A stretch of 64,000 nt of DNA, taken from positions 124,001 through 188,000 of the forward strand of contig NIVC01000153.1 of assembly GCA_002269645.1 (NCBI GenBank), in the 5' to 3' direction. Below the pieces are notes generated by a model. The model was given only the letters and a program-made list of their open reading frames with translations. It was not told the DNA's origin and made no database searches. Numbering within the stretch: the stretch's first letter is position 1; each line of letters opens with the position of its first letter. Both the position numbers and the translations under genes were made by a program. Of this stretch, positions 1 through 11,317 are shown piece after piece. The stretch is from Macrostomum lignano (Eukaryota).

Positions 1-12
1 TAACGCAACTTT

Positions 13-76
13 GGGTAAACGGCAGGAGTAACTATGACTGTTTTATTAAGCTAAAATGCCTCGTCAGCTACTTAGT
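13..76 (+). pseudogene. Degenerate 64-bp fragment of eukaryotic 28S rRNA (H69-H71 region, R2/I-PpoI target)
   Basis: GGGTAAACGGCAGGAGTAACTATGACTGTTTTATTAAGCTAAAATGCCTCGTCAGCTACTTAGT aligns ungapped to the conserved 28S segment GGGTAAACGGCGGGAGTAACTATGACTCTCTTAAGGTAGCCAAATGCCTCGTCATCTAATTAGT (recalled consensus; 51/64 by hand). Flanks do not match rDNA. Confidence 0.75.
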
Positions 77-1079
77 ACTACTCTTCAGGTTATTTTTTGG
101 GTGGGCATTTTTGCGACTTCCTTGATTGGCCGCCAAATCGGTCAGCCGGATCGGCCGACTCGGCCGACTGTTGCGCATGTATGGTCGCGCTTATGCGCCA
201 ATGTGCGCCGAGACCCTTTGTGTGCGTGGGAATTTTCCCCCTCAGAGGCCACCTTCCTGACTATGGGTTTAGTACTTACAGTTTAAGTGCAGTATAACAA
301 CATAACTTTGCTTGACAATTTGTTTAATAGAAGTAAAGATTTAATGGCCTTTTTATGAAAAAAAATGCTGGTTGTGGTGTTGATCCAGATCAATAGCTTC
401 TTAGTATCCTCAATTCAAATTCCCTTTCAAAAAGCTATAAACTATTTACGTACAGCATATATATATATGTAGAAGATATGGCAGCTATCTCGTCAGTGTG
501 CCGTGTGGATAAGCAGAAAATTATTCCCACAGTACCATTGGAATAAGACAGAAATTATTCCTACGGTACCGTGGGGATAAGCACTGCCTATTTTTTTGCC
601 TGTCAGCCTGTTTGCCACTTTTTGTCATCAATAGACAAAATGAGTTTTTTAAAAGAAAAAGCAAAATATAGCTATAGAACTTATAAAGCTTTTTTTCTAA
701 TGAGATATTGCATGAATAACAAAAAATGACCCTTCTGGCTTTGGCTTCAATAATAGCCACTTCGGTAATTGCCATTTAGGTAATAAAGCACTATTAGGTC
801 AACACCATAGTCAGGATAATGTACATTTTTGTGGAAATTCCCGGCGTACAATTGAAAATTTTACTTTTTTTGGCATACAATTGGTGTAAAAAATGAGGTA
901 AAATATATTTGGCGTACCTTTTGGTGTGACACTATGGCATAAATATGCCAAGCAGCGTATGCCAACTCCAACATATACCATGACATGATCCTAACTAAGT
1001 GGTCAACATTATATCTTTATGGTAGTTAATTTTAACAACAATTAGTTTAATAATCAGCATTTTAAATATTTTATTGCTA

Positions 1080-1776
1080 TGAGGGGTGTGCAAAAAGTTT
1101 TGGCTTCAATTGGTTCCCAATTGCAGATAAATTGTTAGTAAATCTTAAAACGTTATTAAAGTCCTTCAATGTAATCTCCGCCACGTTCTATGCATTTCTG
1201 TTGACGGCGGATCCATGCCTCGAAGGCAGCACGGTACTCTGAAGCTGGCATAGTGTTCAGCTCTGAATTAATGCGTCTTGGGGCCGCTGAAAATGGCATC
1301 TAGCCATGCGTTCAGTCAGCTTCGGGAATGCCCAGAAGTTGCAGGGTGCCAAATCAGGACTGTACAAAGGGTGCGGTATCACTTTAAGCTTGTTATGGGC
1401 CAAAAAGCTCGTTGTCATGGCCGCAGTGTGGCTGGAGGCATTGTCGTGGTGCAAGTGAATTCTGCCACTTTGGAGGTGGGTTGGCTGCTTTTCCATGACT
1501 GAAGCCACGACTTTAGGCAAAACCTCGCCAGTATAGAACGTGGCATTGACGTTCTGTGCATTTGGCACCATAACAACTGTCTCTGGCCCATTGATGCTGA
1601 AAAAGACAACAAACATCTGCTTGTTCAAAATGCTATAGGAAGCGAAAAAATCAATGCAATGAGCTGAAAATTTATGAACAAACGCAAAATATGGTCATAT
1701 TTATGAGATTAAAAAATGGTTACGTTTAAATAAACGTTTATTTAAAAAGTTGCCAAGACTTTTTGTGCACCCCTTG
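1080..1776 (-). mobile_element. Internally deleted mariner (Tc1/mariner) element
   Basis: Imperfect 25-bp TIRs (TGAGGGGTGTGCAAAAAGTTTTGGC at 1080; GCCAAGACTTTTTGTGCACCCCTTG ending 1776), TA at both flanks (1078-79, 1777-78), and an internal transposase fragment. Confidence 0.9.
1257..1628 (-). pseudogene. Mariner transposase catalytic-domain fragment
   Basis: HHDNASSH and YSPDLAPCNFWAFPKL motifs. The spacing is D34, but the third catalytic Asp is Asn, and there is no N-terminal DNA-binding region. Confidence 0.88.
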
Positions 1777-2520
1777 TATATGTATTAAATTTTCTGGTTA
1801 AACTGTATTTAATTTGTTTAAACTTGCATGTTAATTTTGTAAAAAAATTGAAAACAAAGAAAATTGAGCAAAGTACCCTTTGAAAATTGAAATTATGAAA
1901 TAATAATATTATTACTTAATAGTACTATAATCCTATATACTAAAAATGAGTTGTCTGTATGTATCTAGCTATGCGATAGATTTTAGAAAAATGGCTCAAC
2001 CATTTTATATATTGTAATTACTGTATTATAATACTCTAATTGGATTCTGTAATTTCAAGTTGCTAACTCAAAGACTTTAATGTATGTATTTTGTCAATTA
2101 TAGGAAATCTTTGGTATATACATCTGGTACACCTAGAAAAATGGTTCAAACACTTAAACAAGTAGTTTTTTGCATCAGTTAAAATCTCTCAAAGTGTATA
2201 AGAATGTATCTCAATTAATTTTTTTGTCTTCCTTTCCATTTAGTTTAATTGCACATTCTTTTGGAGCATTTCAATCAATCTAGGCCTACTATTATCCTCA
2301 CTTGTTACCAAATCCAAAATAGCTATTACTGAAGTGGTTGATACTAATGGGGACTATTACCATTGCAATATTAATAAGCTAAAGTCAATTGCTCTGCCAA
2401 ATCTCTAGGATGGCAGTTTTGAATATTGCTGAGTATGAAATATTTTTTGTTTATAGTTTTGTACTAAAAATTATATTATCTAAGCCTTTAAAGGTCATGC
2501 TTAGGTGTAAAATAAGGATT

Positions 2521-2642
2521 CACCTGGCCGTTTCTATTGGCAACACATATGTAAGTTGCTATTGGACAAAATAGTAGTCACATTACTGCTATCAGCCAAT
2601 AGCGACTTACATGTATGTGTTGCCAATAGAAACAGCCAGGTG
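2521..2642. mobile_element. Foldback MITE-like element (122 bp)
   Basis: About 46-bp inverted arms (CACCTGGCCGTTTCTATTGGCAACACATA... / ...TATGTGTTGCCAATAGAAACAGCCAGGTG) around a ~30-nt spacer, with ATT directly repeated on both flanks. Confidence 0.65.
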
Positions 2643-4622
2643 ATTTTAAAGGTTGCGCATGTATGTTAAAGGTAAGCTTATCCTAAACTTAAAAAATGTA
2701 TTTCTAGAATTACTTTGGTTATTTCAGTGATTGTAAGCTTGGTGACAGCCATTTTAGGGCCATTCATTTTAATGACAAGTTACTTTGCTTTTCTCTTTCT
2801 TGTTAGGCTAAGTTTACCATTACTATACTCATCAATTACTAGGCATATTAATATTATGCAATATTTGTAGTTATTATTTTGTTAAACAAAAGTATAATTT
2901 AGTATCTATAAGTTCAAAATTATTTTACCTAACCTGAGATCATCTCAAAGATTTCCTTAAAGACTAAGGAATTGCTATTCTCTTAATTATCCTAGCTAAT
3001 TCTAGTACCTATTTTATAACTAGGTAAACTAAATTAATACAGAATTAAATATCTTGTTCAAAGACAAAAATTGTTCCAATAGCATTGTGATTAAGAATTA
3101 AACCTTCAAACTTTAAGTTGGAAGTCTGGCACTAACATAGCTAAATAAATACTAGTCTCCTTATTCTCTTATCTTTTTATTTTCCTTATTTTGGACATCA
3201 TCTCCTTACTCTCCTTATTTTTAGGGCCTATATCCTTATTTTTATTTTTTATTTTCTTAAGAAAGTTTTTTATTAATTAGTTAAAATAACTATTAAAAAT
3301 ACACATTAATAGTAACTTAACTATTAGTAATAGTAATAGTTAACAATAACTATTACTATTACTAAGCAATAATGCAAAAAAATTGGTCTGTTTGTCATAT
3401 TGGCCATTGAAGCAGTTAGGTTGTAGCAAGAATAGTAGTAATGGGGTAGCACGAAAAAGTTTTCCAAGATAATCACTAGTATCTAAAAGTGGTTCTAGAA
3501 TCTCCTTATTTTTTCTTATTTTGAGAGGCTAAAAAAGCATTGACATGTAAATTATCATGTTGCTATTTATCTTAGCTTGCAGTCCTACCCAACTGCTAAT
3601 CAAATAAACTTATTATTATTTAGCTAGCAATCCTTCTGCTTGATAAATAAGTTTATCACAAAGCTTCTAATATCAACTTTATATACTACATGTTTTAGGG
3701 CCTAAGGTGTTGAGTTAATCAATATATAATGTTTTTATTTATAGTGAATAATTTTATATTATATAAAGTATGTGGCGAGTTGAGCCACGTAAAGTTTATT
3801 TGGAAGTAGCAGGGTGGAGGCGCCCGAGACAAAGGTCTAAAGTTATATAGGCCAGTGGTGTACACTGGGCAGCCAATCAATGCACAGCGACTGTGCACAT
3901 AGCGCTGGCCGGGGTTGGGGTGGGCTGGTGGCTGACGGAGCGTGCATGCGCATGTGGTGTGGCTGTATAAATATCTTAAATAAAAAACTATATAGCTAGG
4001 TAAATAAATAACAAGCTATTTTGACTCACAGTAAGGCAGGAATCATTTAATAATTTATGTTTAAAAAGTGTATATGTTGCTTTGTATAAACCTTTTTTTA
4101 TTAAATGCAAAAAAAAATAATTGTAAATAATTACCTATGTGAAAATTCACTATTGGTAAAAATTTACATAGTTTTTTTGCAATTTTGAATAACTGTTTGT
4201 CATCTACTCGCATAGTATGTAGTACACTTCTTGATACAATAGGCTATCCAACTTGAGTCAAATTCCAACATAATGTAGTCGATTTTTCAACAAGTTTAGT
4301 CTAAAAAAAAGAAATTTGAGCTAACTTTTAGTAAAGCTGAATAAAAAATAGATGAAGTTCAGTAGCGAGTAGTTTTACTGCTTTATTATTATAGTTGCAA
4401 TGAAAATCTAATAACTCAGTGTACTTTTGTCAACCACGAAATCAGTAGAAAATGTTAATAAATCAGTGCTCTTAGAATTCTTGCATTTCGATAGATTTTT
4501 TGTCTTGTGCCTGGGACAGTTATGACTACTGGTTGAATTAAATTCTATCAGTAGTCAGAATTGGACATGGACTTCGCTAATCTACCTACTTATTTTATTT
4601 TCTTCATCCACCCATAAAACAG

Positions 4623-4832
4623 CAAGACGGCTCGCTGTGCGCCCAGCACTGCCTGAACGCCCTGCTGCAGAGCTCCTACTTCACCGCTGTGGATCTGGGT
4701 GCCATCGCCAACGAGATGGACCAGGCCGAGCGGGAGCATATGGCCGCGCGAGGCGTTGAGACAGAAGAATATCAACAATTTGTTCAACAGGGCTCGTCTA
4801 ATATGGATGATAGCGGCTTCTTCTCTGTGCAG
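4623..4832 (+). CDS. ATXN3: Ataxin-3, Josephin domain exon (catalytic Cys); upstream exon not located
   Basis: QDGSLCAQHCLNALLQ...NMDDSGFFSVQ matches the ataxin-3 N-terminus. AG at 4621-22, GT at 4833, phase 0. Confidence 0.93.
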
Positions 4833-4880
4833 GTGGGCTTTTAGTCGGCTTATACACTGTAATTACTGCCCAACTCTTAT

Positions 4881-5650
4881 CTGTCTCAAAGCCTGTCCCT
4901 GACTCTGTCTCAAAGCCTGTCCCTGACTCTGTCTCAAAGCCTGTCCCTGACTGTCTGTCTTAAAGCCTGTCCCTGACTCTGTCTCAAAGCCTGTCCCTGA
5001 CTGTCTGTCTTAAAGCCTGTCCCTGGCTGTCTGTCTCAAAGACTGTCCCTGACTGTCTGTCTTAAAGCCTGTCCCTGACTGTCTTTCTCAAAGCCTGTCC
5101 CTGACTGTCTGTCTCAAAGACTACCTGACTGTCTGTACTCAAAGCCTGTCCCTGACTCTGTCTCAAAGCCTGTCCCTGACTGTCTGTCTTAAAGCCTGTC
5201 CCTGACCGTCTGTCTCAAAGCCTGTCCCTGACTGTCTGTCTTAAAGCCTGTCCCTGACTGTCTGTACTCAAAGCCTGTCCCTGACTGGCTCAAAGCCTGT
5301 CCCTGTCTGTCTCAAAGCCTGTCCCTGTCTGTCTCAAAGCCTGTCCCTGTCTGTCTCAAAGCCTGTCCCTGTCTGTCTCAAAGCCTGTCCCTGTCTGTCT
5401 CAAAGCCTGTCCCTGTCCGTCTGTCTCAAAGCCTGTCCCTGTCTGTCTCAAAGCCTGTCCCTGTCTGTCTCAAAGCCTGTCCCTGACTCTCAAAGCCTGT
5501 CCCTGTCTGTCTCAAAGCCTGTCCCTGACTCTCAAAGCCTGTCCCTGTCTGTCTCCGAGCCTGTCCCTGACTCTCAAAGCCTGTCCCTGTCTGTCTCCGA
5601 GCCTGTCCCTGACTCTCAAAGCCTGTCCCTGTCTGTCTCAAAGCCTGTCT
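4881..5650. repeat. Intronic minisatellite, ~22-26 bp unit CTCAAAGCCTGTCCCTG(ACT)GTCTGT
   Basis: Direct tandem copies inside an ATXN3 intron. Confidence 0.95.
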
Positions 5651-5780
5651 GACAGATACACTAAAGCCCGAGCTTGACTGTATCTTGAATTGAGGCACGT
5701 CAATGCAAGTCTGTCACACTATTTTAAAGTAAATCTCAAAATCCCACCCGTGACTATCTCTAACCATTGATTATCTACAG

Positions 5781-6141
5781 GTGCTGGCCAGCGCTCTAGC
5801 CGTGTGGGACCTGGAGCTGGTGCCGTTAAGCAAACGCGACCACCCAACAGCCCAGCGGGCCCGAGATGATCCAACAGCGGTGTCGGCTTACATTTGCAAC
5901 TTTCGCGAGCACTGGTTCACTATTCGTCGTCTAGGCTCTCAGTGGTTTAATTTAAATAGCCTGCTCAGCGGGCCGGAGCTCATCTCCGAGTCCTATTTGA
6001 CATTGTTTTTGGCTCAGTTGCGCCAGGAAGGCTACACTATATTTATTGTAGTTGGCAGTCTACCGCTTTGCGAAGCCGACCAGGTGCTGTCGGTGACACC
6101 TGCTGTCCAGCGGGAGCGACCAAAACTTCTCAGAGCTCCTG
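5781..6141 (+). CDS. ATXN3: Ataxin-3, Josephin domain exon (catalytic His/Asn)
   Basis: AYICNFREHWFTIRRLGSQWFNLNSLLSGPELIS. CTACAG acceptor ends 5780; G|GTGAGA donor, phase 1. Confidence 0.95.
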
Positions 6142-6209
6142 GTGAGATACCGCAACTTCTTAGATCTGAGAATCGTTCCTGATTTCTAAACTGACGCTTT
6201 TCCTGAACC

Positions 6210-6689
6210 AACAGCCTGAGCTTAGTTCTTGAACCTGATCTAACAGCCTGAGCTTAGTTCTTGAACCTGATCTAACAGCCCGAGCTTCAGTTCCTGAACC
6301 TGATCTAACAGCCCGAGCTTAGTCCCTGAACCTGATCTAACAGCCTGAGCTTAGTTCTTGAACCTGATCTAACAGCCTGAGCTTAGTTCTTGAACCTGAT
6401 CTAACAGCCTGAGCTTAGTTCTTGAACCTGATCTAACAGCCCGAGCTTAGTTCTTGAACCTGAACTAACAGCCTGAGCTTAGTTCTTGAACCTGATCTAA
6501 CAGCCCGAGCTTAGTTCTTGAACCTGATCTAACAGCCCGAGCTTAGTTCTTGAACCTGATCTAACAGCCTGAGCTTAGTTCTTGAACCTGATCTAACAGC
6601 CCGAGCTTAGTTCTTGAACCTGATCTAACAGCCTGAGCTTAGTTCTTGAACCTGATCTAACAGCCTGAGCTTAGTTCTTGAACCTGATC
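6210..6689. repeat. Intronic minisatellite, 32 bp unit GCTTAGTTCTTGAACCTGATCTAACAGCCTGA
   Basis: About 15 tandem copies inside an ATXN3 intron. Confidence 0.95.
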
Positions 6690-6732
6690 CTTAGCCATTA
6701 CAACGCCTCTAAAATGCTCCCCTTAACTTCAG

Positions 6733-7223
6733 GCCGCAGCCGGTCCAGGCAAGGTGCCGGCTCCTCCTCCGCCGCCCCGCCCTACGCCGCCGCACAAGAT
6801 GACGAAGCCGAAGACGACGAGCTACGCCGAGCTCTGGAGATCAGCCGCCAACTGCACGACAGCGGCGACGTCTCGTTGCAGCGCGCCTTGGCTGAGACGC
6901 AACCGCCCGGAGCGCAGGCGGCCGCCATCAGCGACCAGGATCTTCAACGGGCACTGGAGCTCAGCCGGCAGACTGCCGAAGATGACGCTAGCCTTCAGCA
7001 GGCTCTGGCGCTCAGCCTATTGTCCGAGGATGAAGCATTCGGTCAGGCGGATGATCAGCGAAGGCCGACGACGACGACGACAACGACGGGGTCGACGAGG
7101 ACTGAAGCGGCTCCGACCACAGCGACAACTGTCGCCCCTGTCGAAGATTTGCGTCAACGGCGCGCAAAATTTCTCGACCAACTGGAGAAGAAGACGGCCG
7201 AAGGCGGCGGCGGAAATGATTAG
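6733..7223 (+). CDS. ATXN3: Ataxin-3 last exon: UIM-like motifs, poly-Thr, VCP-binding-like motif
   Basis: CTTCAG acceptor in phase 1. DDELRRALEISRQ, DQDLQRALELSRQ, DASLQQALALSL, EDLRQRRAKFL. The three exons total 1062 nt and are in frame to TAG. Confidence 0.9.
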
Positions 7224-7812
7224 CTATAGGAATATATATAAATTTACACCCACAGGTTGCTGTAACGGTGCCATTGTTTGTCCTTCAATTTTATACTAAT
7301 TAAAGTGTGTGCGTGCGCCGTGTGTTTATATTCATTCAGATCTTACTAATTTGTTGTGACCTTGTCTGTGCCTTTTTTAATTATTGCCTACATGTTTATA
7401 TACTGGAAATTACTTTTCAGAGTGAGAAGTTTATCATTTCTACGGATATCATTCAGGATTCTTCTAAGCTCTATTAGTAACTTCGCTTTTTAAACCATTG
7501 TCTCCCTCCCACTTAGATTGATGGCGAGTTCATTATTAAACAGTTTCCAGACTTGGTCAGAAAAAAAGCTATTTTATTATTCCTTACTACAGTCATGTTT
7601 TATAAACTTAGCCTCCTAGCAATCGTTACTTACTACATATGCATCACTATAATTCAGTGATTATTCAGTGATTATTATTGCTCATTTCTAAATAATGTAA
7701 GTACCTGATTATTCAAGTATGAGCCTATAATAACCGTTTTTTTAATTTAACTATTGCATTGGATAGATGCTTAAACTGTGTTCTAACTATTTTTGCTTTT
7801 ATGGAGCAAAAT

Positions 7813-9933
7813 GTGGGATTTTAGTGAGCCATGGTGTGGGATTTTAGTGAGCCATGGTGTGGGATTTTAGTGAGCCAAGGTGTGGGATTCATCAGTAAGC
7901 TAAGGTGTGGGATTCATCAGTAAGCTAAGGTGTGGGATTCATCAGTAAGCCTAGGTGTGGGATTCATCAGTAAGCCAAGGTGTGGGATTCATCAGTAAGC
8001 CAAGGTGTGGGATTCATCAGTAAGCCAAGGTGTGGGATTCATCAGTAAGCCAAGGTGTGGGATTCATTAGTAAGCCAAGGTGTGGGATTCATCAGTAACT
8101 TAACGTGTGGGATTCATCAGTAAGCCAAGGTGTGGGATTCATCAGTAACTTAACGTGTGGGATTCATCAGTAAGCCAAGGTGTGGGATTCATCAGTAACT
8201 TAACGTGTGGGATTCATCAGTAACCCAAGGTGTGGGATTCTTCAGTAACTTAACATGTGGGATTCATCAGTAAGCCAAGGTGTGGGATTCATCAGTAAGC
8301 CAAGGTGTGGGATTCATCAGTAAGCCAAGGTGTGGGATTAATCAGTAAGCCAAGGTGTGGGATTCATCAGTAAGCCAAGGTGTGGGATTCATCAGTAAGC
8401 CAAGGTGTGGGATTAATCAGTAACTTAACGTGTGGGATTCATCAGTAAGCCAAGGTGTGGGATTCATAAGTAAGCCAAGGTGTGGGATTCTTCAGTAACT
8501 TAACATGTGGGATTCATCAGTAAGCCAAGGACCAAGGTGTGGGATTCATCAGTAAGCCAAGGTGTGGGATTCATCAGTAAGCCAAGGTGTGGGATTCATC
8601 AGTAAGCCAAGGTGTGGGATTCATCAGTAAGCCAAGGTGGGATTCATCAGTAAGCCAAGGTGTGGGATTCATCAGTAACCCAAGGTGTGGGATTCATCAG
8701 TAAGCCAAGGTGTGGGATTCATCAGTAAGCCAAGGTGTGGGATTCATAAGTAAGCCAAGGTGTGGGATTCTTCAGTAACTTAACATGTGGGATTCGTCAG
8801 TAAGCCAAGGACCAAGGTGTGGTATTCATCAGTAAGCCAAGGTGTGGGATTCATCAGTAAGCCAAGGTGTGGGATTCATCAGTAAGCCAAGGTGTGGGAT
8901 TCATCAGTAAGCCAAGGTGGGATTCATCAGTAAGCCAAGGTGTGGGATTCATCAGTAAGCCAAGGTGTGGGATTCATCAGTAAGCCAAGGTGTGGGATTC
9001 ATAAGTAAGCCAAGGTGTGGGATTCTTCAGTAACTTAACATGTGGGATTCATTAGTAAGCCAAGGACCAAGGTGTGGGATTCATCAGTAAGCCAAGGTGT
9101 GGGATTCATCAGTAAGCCAAGGTGTGGGATTCATCAGTAAGCCAAGGTGTGGGATTCATCAGTAAGCCAAGGTGTCGGATTCATCAGTAAGCCAAGGTGT
9201 GGGATTCATCAGTAACTTAACGTGTGGGATTCATCAGTAAGCCAAGGTGTGGGATTCATCAGTAACTTAACATGTGGGATTCATCAGTCACCCAAGGTGT
9301 GGGATTCATCAGTAAGCCAAGGTGTGGGATTCATCAGTAAGCCAAGGTGTGGGATTCATCAGTAACTTAACGTGTGGGATTCATCAGTAAGCCAAGGTGT
9401 GGGATTCATCAGTAAGCCAAGGTGTGGGATTCATCAGTAAGCCAAGGTGTGGGATTCATCAGTAAGCCAAGGTGTCGGATTCATCAGTAAGCCAAGGTGT
9501 GGGATTCATCAGTAACTTAACGTGTGGGATTCATCAGTAAGCCAAGGTGTGGGATTCATCAGTAACTTAACATGTGGGATTCATCAGTCACCCAAGGTGT
9601 GGGATTCATCAGTAAGCCAAGGTGTGGGATTCATCAGTAAGCCAAGGTGTGGGATTCATCAGTAACTTAACGTGTGGGATTCATCAGTAAGCCAAGGTGT
9701 GGGATTCATCAGTAACTTAACGTGTGGGATTCATCAGTAAGCCAAGGTGTGGGATTCATCAGTAACTTAACATGTGGGATTCATCAGTCACCCAAGGTGT
9801 GGGATTCATCAGTAAGCCAAGGTGTGGGATTCATCAGTAACTTAACGTGTGGGATTCATCAGTAAGCCAAGGTGTGGGATTCTTCAGTAACTTAACGTGT
9901 GGGATTCATCAGTAAGCCAAGGTGTGGGATTCA
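7813..9933. repeat. Intergenic satellite, 25 bp unit GTGTGGGATTCATCAGTAAGCCAAG (variant ...CTTAAC)
   Basis: About 85 tandem copies, two interspersed variants. Confidence 0.97.
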
Positions 9934-10039
9934 TAATTAATTCAAAAATTGTGAACTAAAAACTTCGACAGCAAAGTCCAAATTCTTTGAACTATATTTG
10001 GCACAAATTCTAATAACCATATTGCAGAGACTCGGCATT

Positions 10040-10675
10040 ATGTTCCCACTAATTCGGCGTTTATTTTCAACTGGCACCTATCGCGTCCCGGCGCCGCCGC
10101 CGGCCGCTATGCTGCCCTCGAAGCCGGAGATGGCGCCGGTAACGCCGCCGCATCACAGCAGCCCGGAAGTTGAGCAACTGCTGGCTAACGAACTGTGCGG
10201 CTATCCGCCCTATAGGCAGCGTAGAATTCGAAACGGCTTCCCCAGTTGGGCAACTATTCGAGATGAGAAACGGCGCCGGGTTACGGAGCATTTCGATGCG
10301 CTTCGGGCCCGATTGGTTGCTCTGAAGCGCACCAGGATATTGCCGGCCGACATCACGGATCAGGCGGCGGCCCAGCTGCACCAGCTGCCTAGAGATTCTT
10401 GCTTTACTAGGATTAACCGGCGCTGCATCATGACTGGCAGGCGTAGGGGCGTGCAAAACGAATGGCGAATCAGTCGGATTATGTTTAGAAAGTTTGCCGA
10501 CAACAATCAGCTGGGCGGCGTGCTGCCAGCTAAATGGTCCACGCAGTGCTTCAGCGCTCGGAAGCATCTGCATTGGCCGCCGCCGGAGGGCCTGACTGTG
10601 GAGCAGTACATGGATAGGTACTATCGGTATCTGCGGGATAAGGATCCTCTTTATCCCAGATATGTTAAACCCTGA
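10040..10675 (+). CDS. MRPS14: Mitochondrial ribosomal protein S14 (uS14m), intronless, with terminal extensions
   Basis: WATIRDEKRRR...LPRDSCFTRINRRCIMTGRRRGV...WRISRIMFRKFADNNQLGGV...W matches the uS14m core. First ATG at 10040 begins an Arg-rich presequence-like segment. Confidence 0.92.
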   Translation: MFPLIRRLFSTGTYRVPAPPPAAMLPSKPEMAPVTPPHHSSPEVEQLLANELCGYPPYRQRRIRNGFPSWATIRDEKRRRVTEHFDALRARLVALKRTRILPADITDQAAAQLHQLPRDSCFTRINRRCIMTGRRRGVQNEWRISRIMFRKFADNNQLGGVLPAKWSTQCFSARKHLHWPPPEGLTVEQYMDRYYRYLRDKDPLYPRYVKP

Positions 10676-10749
10676 TCGGGACAATTCAGCTATTTTGTAA
10701 CTCGTTTTTCTCTGAACTAGCGGCTTTATTATTATATAGGTTTTATCTG

Positions 10750-11317
10750 GCTGTCTGGTCTGGTGTAGCTAGATCTGGTCTAGACTGATCCTGTCTGGTC
10801 TGGTGTAGCTAGATCTGGTCTAGACTGATCCTGTCTGGTCTGGTGTAGCTCTAGATCTGGTCTAGACTGATCCTGTCTGGTCTGGTGTAGCTCTAGATCT
10901 GGTCTAGACTGATCCTGTCTGGTCTGGTGTAGCTCTAGATCTGGTCTAGACTGATTCTGTCTGGTCTGGTGTAGCTAGATCTGTTCTAGACTGATCCTGT
11001 CTGGTCTGGTGTAGCTCTAGATCTGGTCTAGACTGATCCTGTCTGGTCTGGTGTTGCTCTAGATCTGGTCTAGACTGATTCTGTCTGGTCTGGTGTAGCT
11101 CTAGATCTGGTCTAGACTGATTCTGTCTGGTCTGGTGTACCTTTAGATCTGGTCTAGATCTAGATAGTATGGTCTGTTGTGTCCTATGTCTGATGTTAAG
11201 ATCTGGTCTAGATCTAGATAGTATGGTCTGTTGTGTCCTATGTCTGATGTTAAGATCTGATCTAGATCTAGATAGTATGGTCTGTTGTGTCCTATGTCTG
11301 ATGTTAAGATCTGGTCT
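10750..11317. repeat. Compound minisatellite (40-42 bp unit then 54 bp unit) rich in TCTAGA/AGATCT palindromes
   Basis: CTGTCTGGTCTGGTGTAGCTCTAGATCTGGTCTAGACTGATC about 10 copies, then a 54-bp unit about 3 copies. Confidence 0.93.

Noticed and set aside
3860-3975. CCAAT, GCATGCGCAT (NRF1-like) and TATAAATA motifs as the ATXN3 promoter
   Set aside because: Short motifs are expected by chance, and no coding first exon follows them.
10067-10684. 205-aa antisense ORF over MRPS14 (similar shadows over TRIM, DAXX, GPCR and FNDC3)
   Set aside because: Expected shadow of GC-rich coding sequence; no recognisable motifs.
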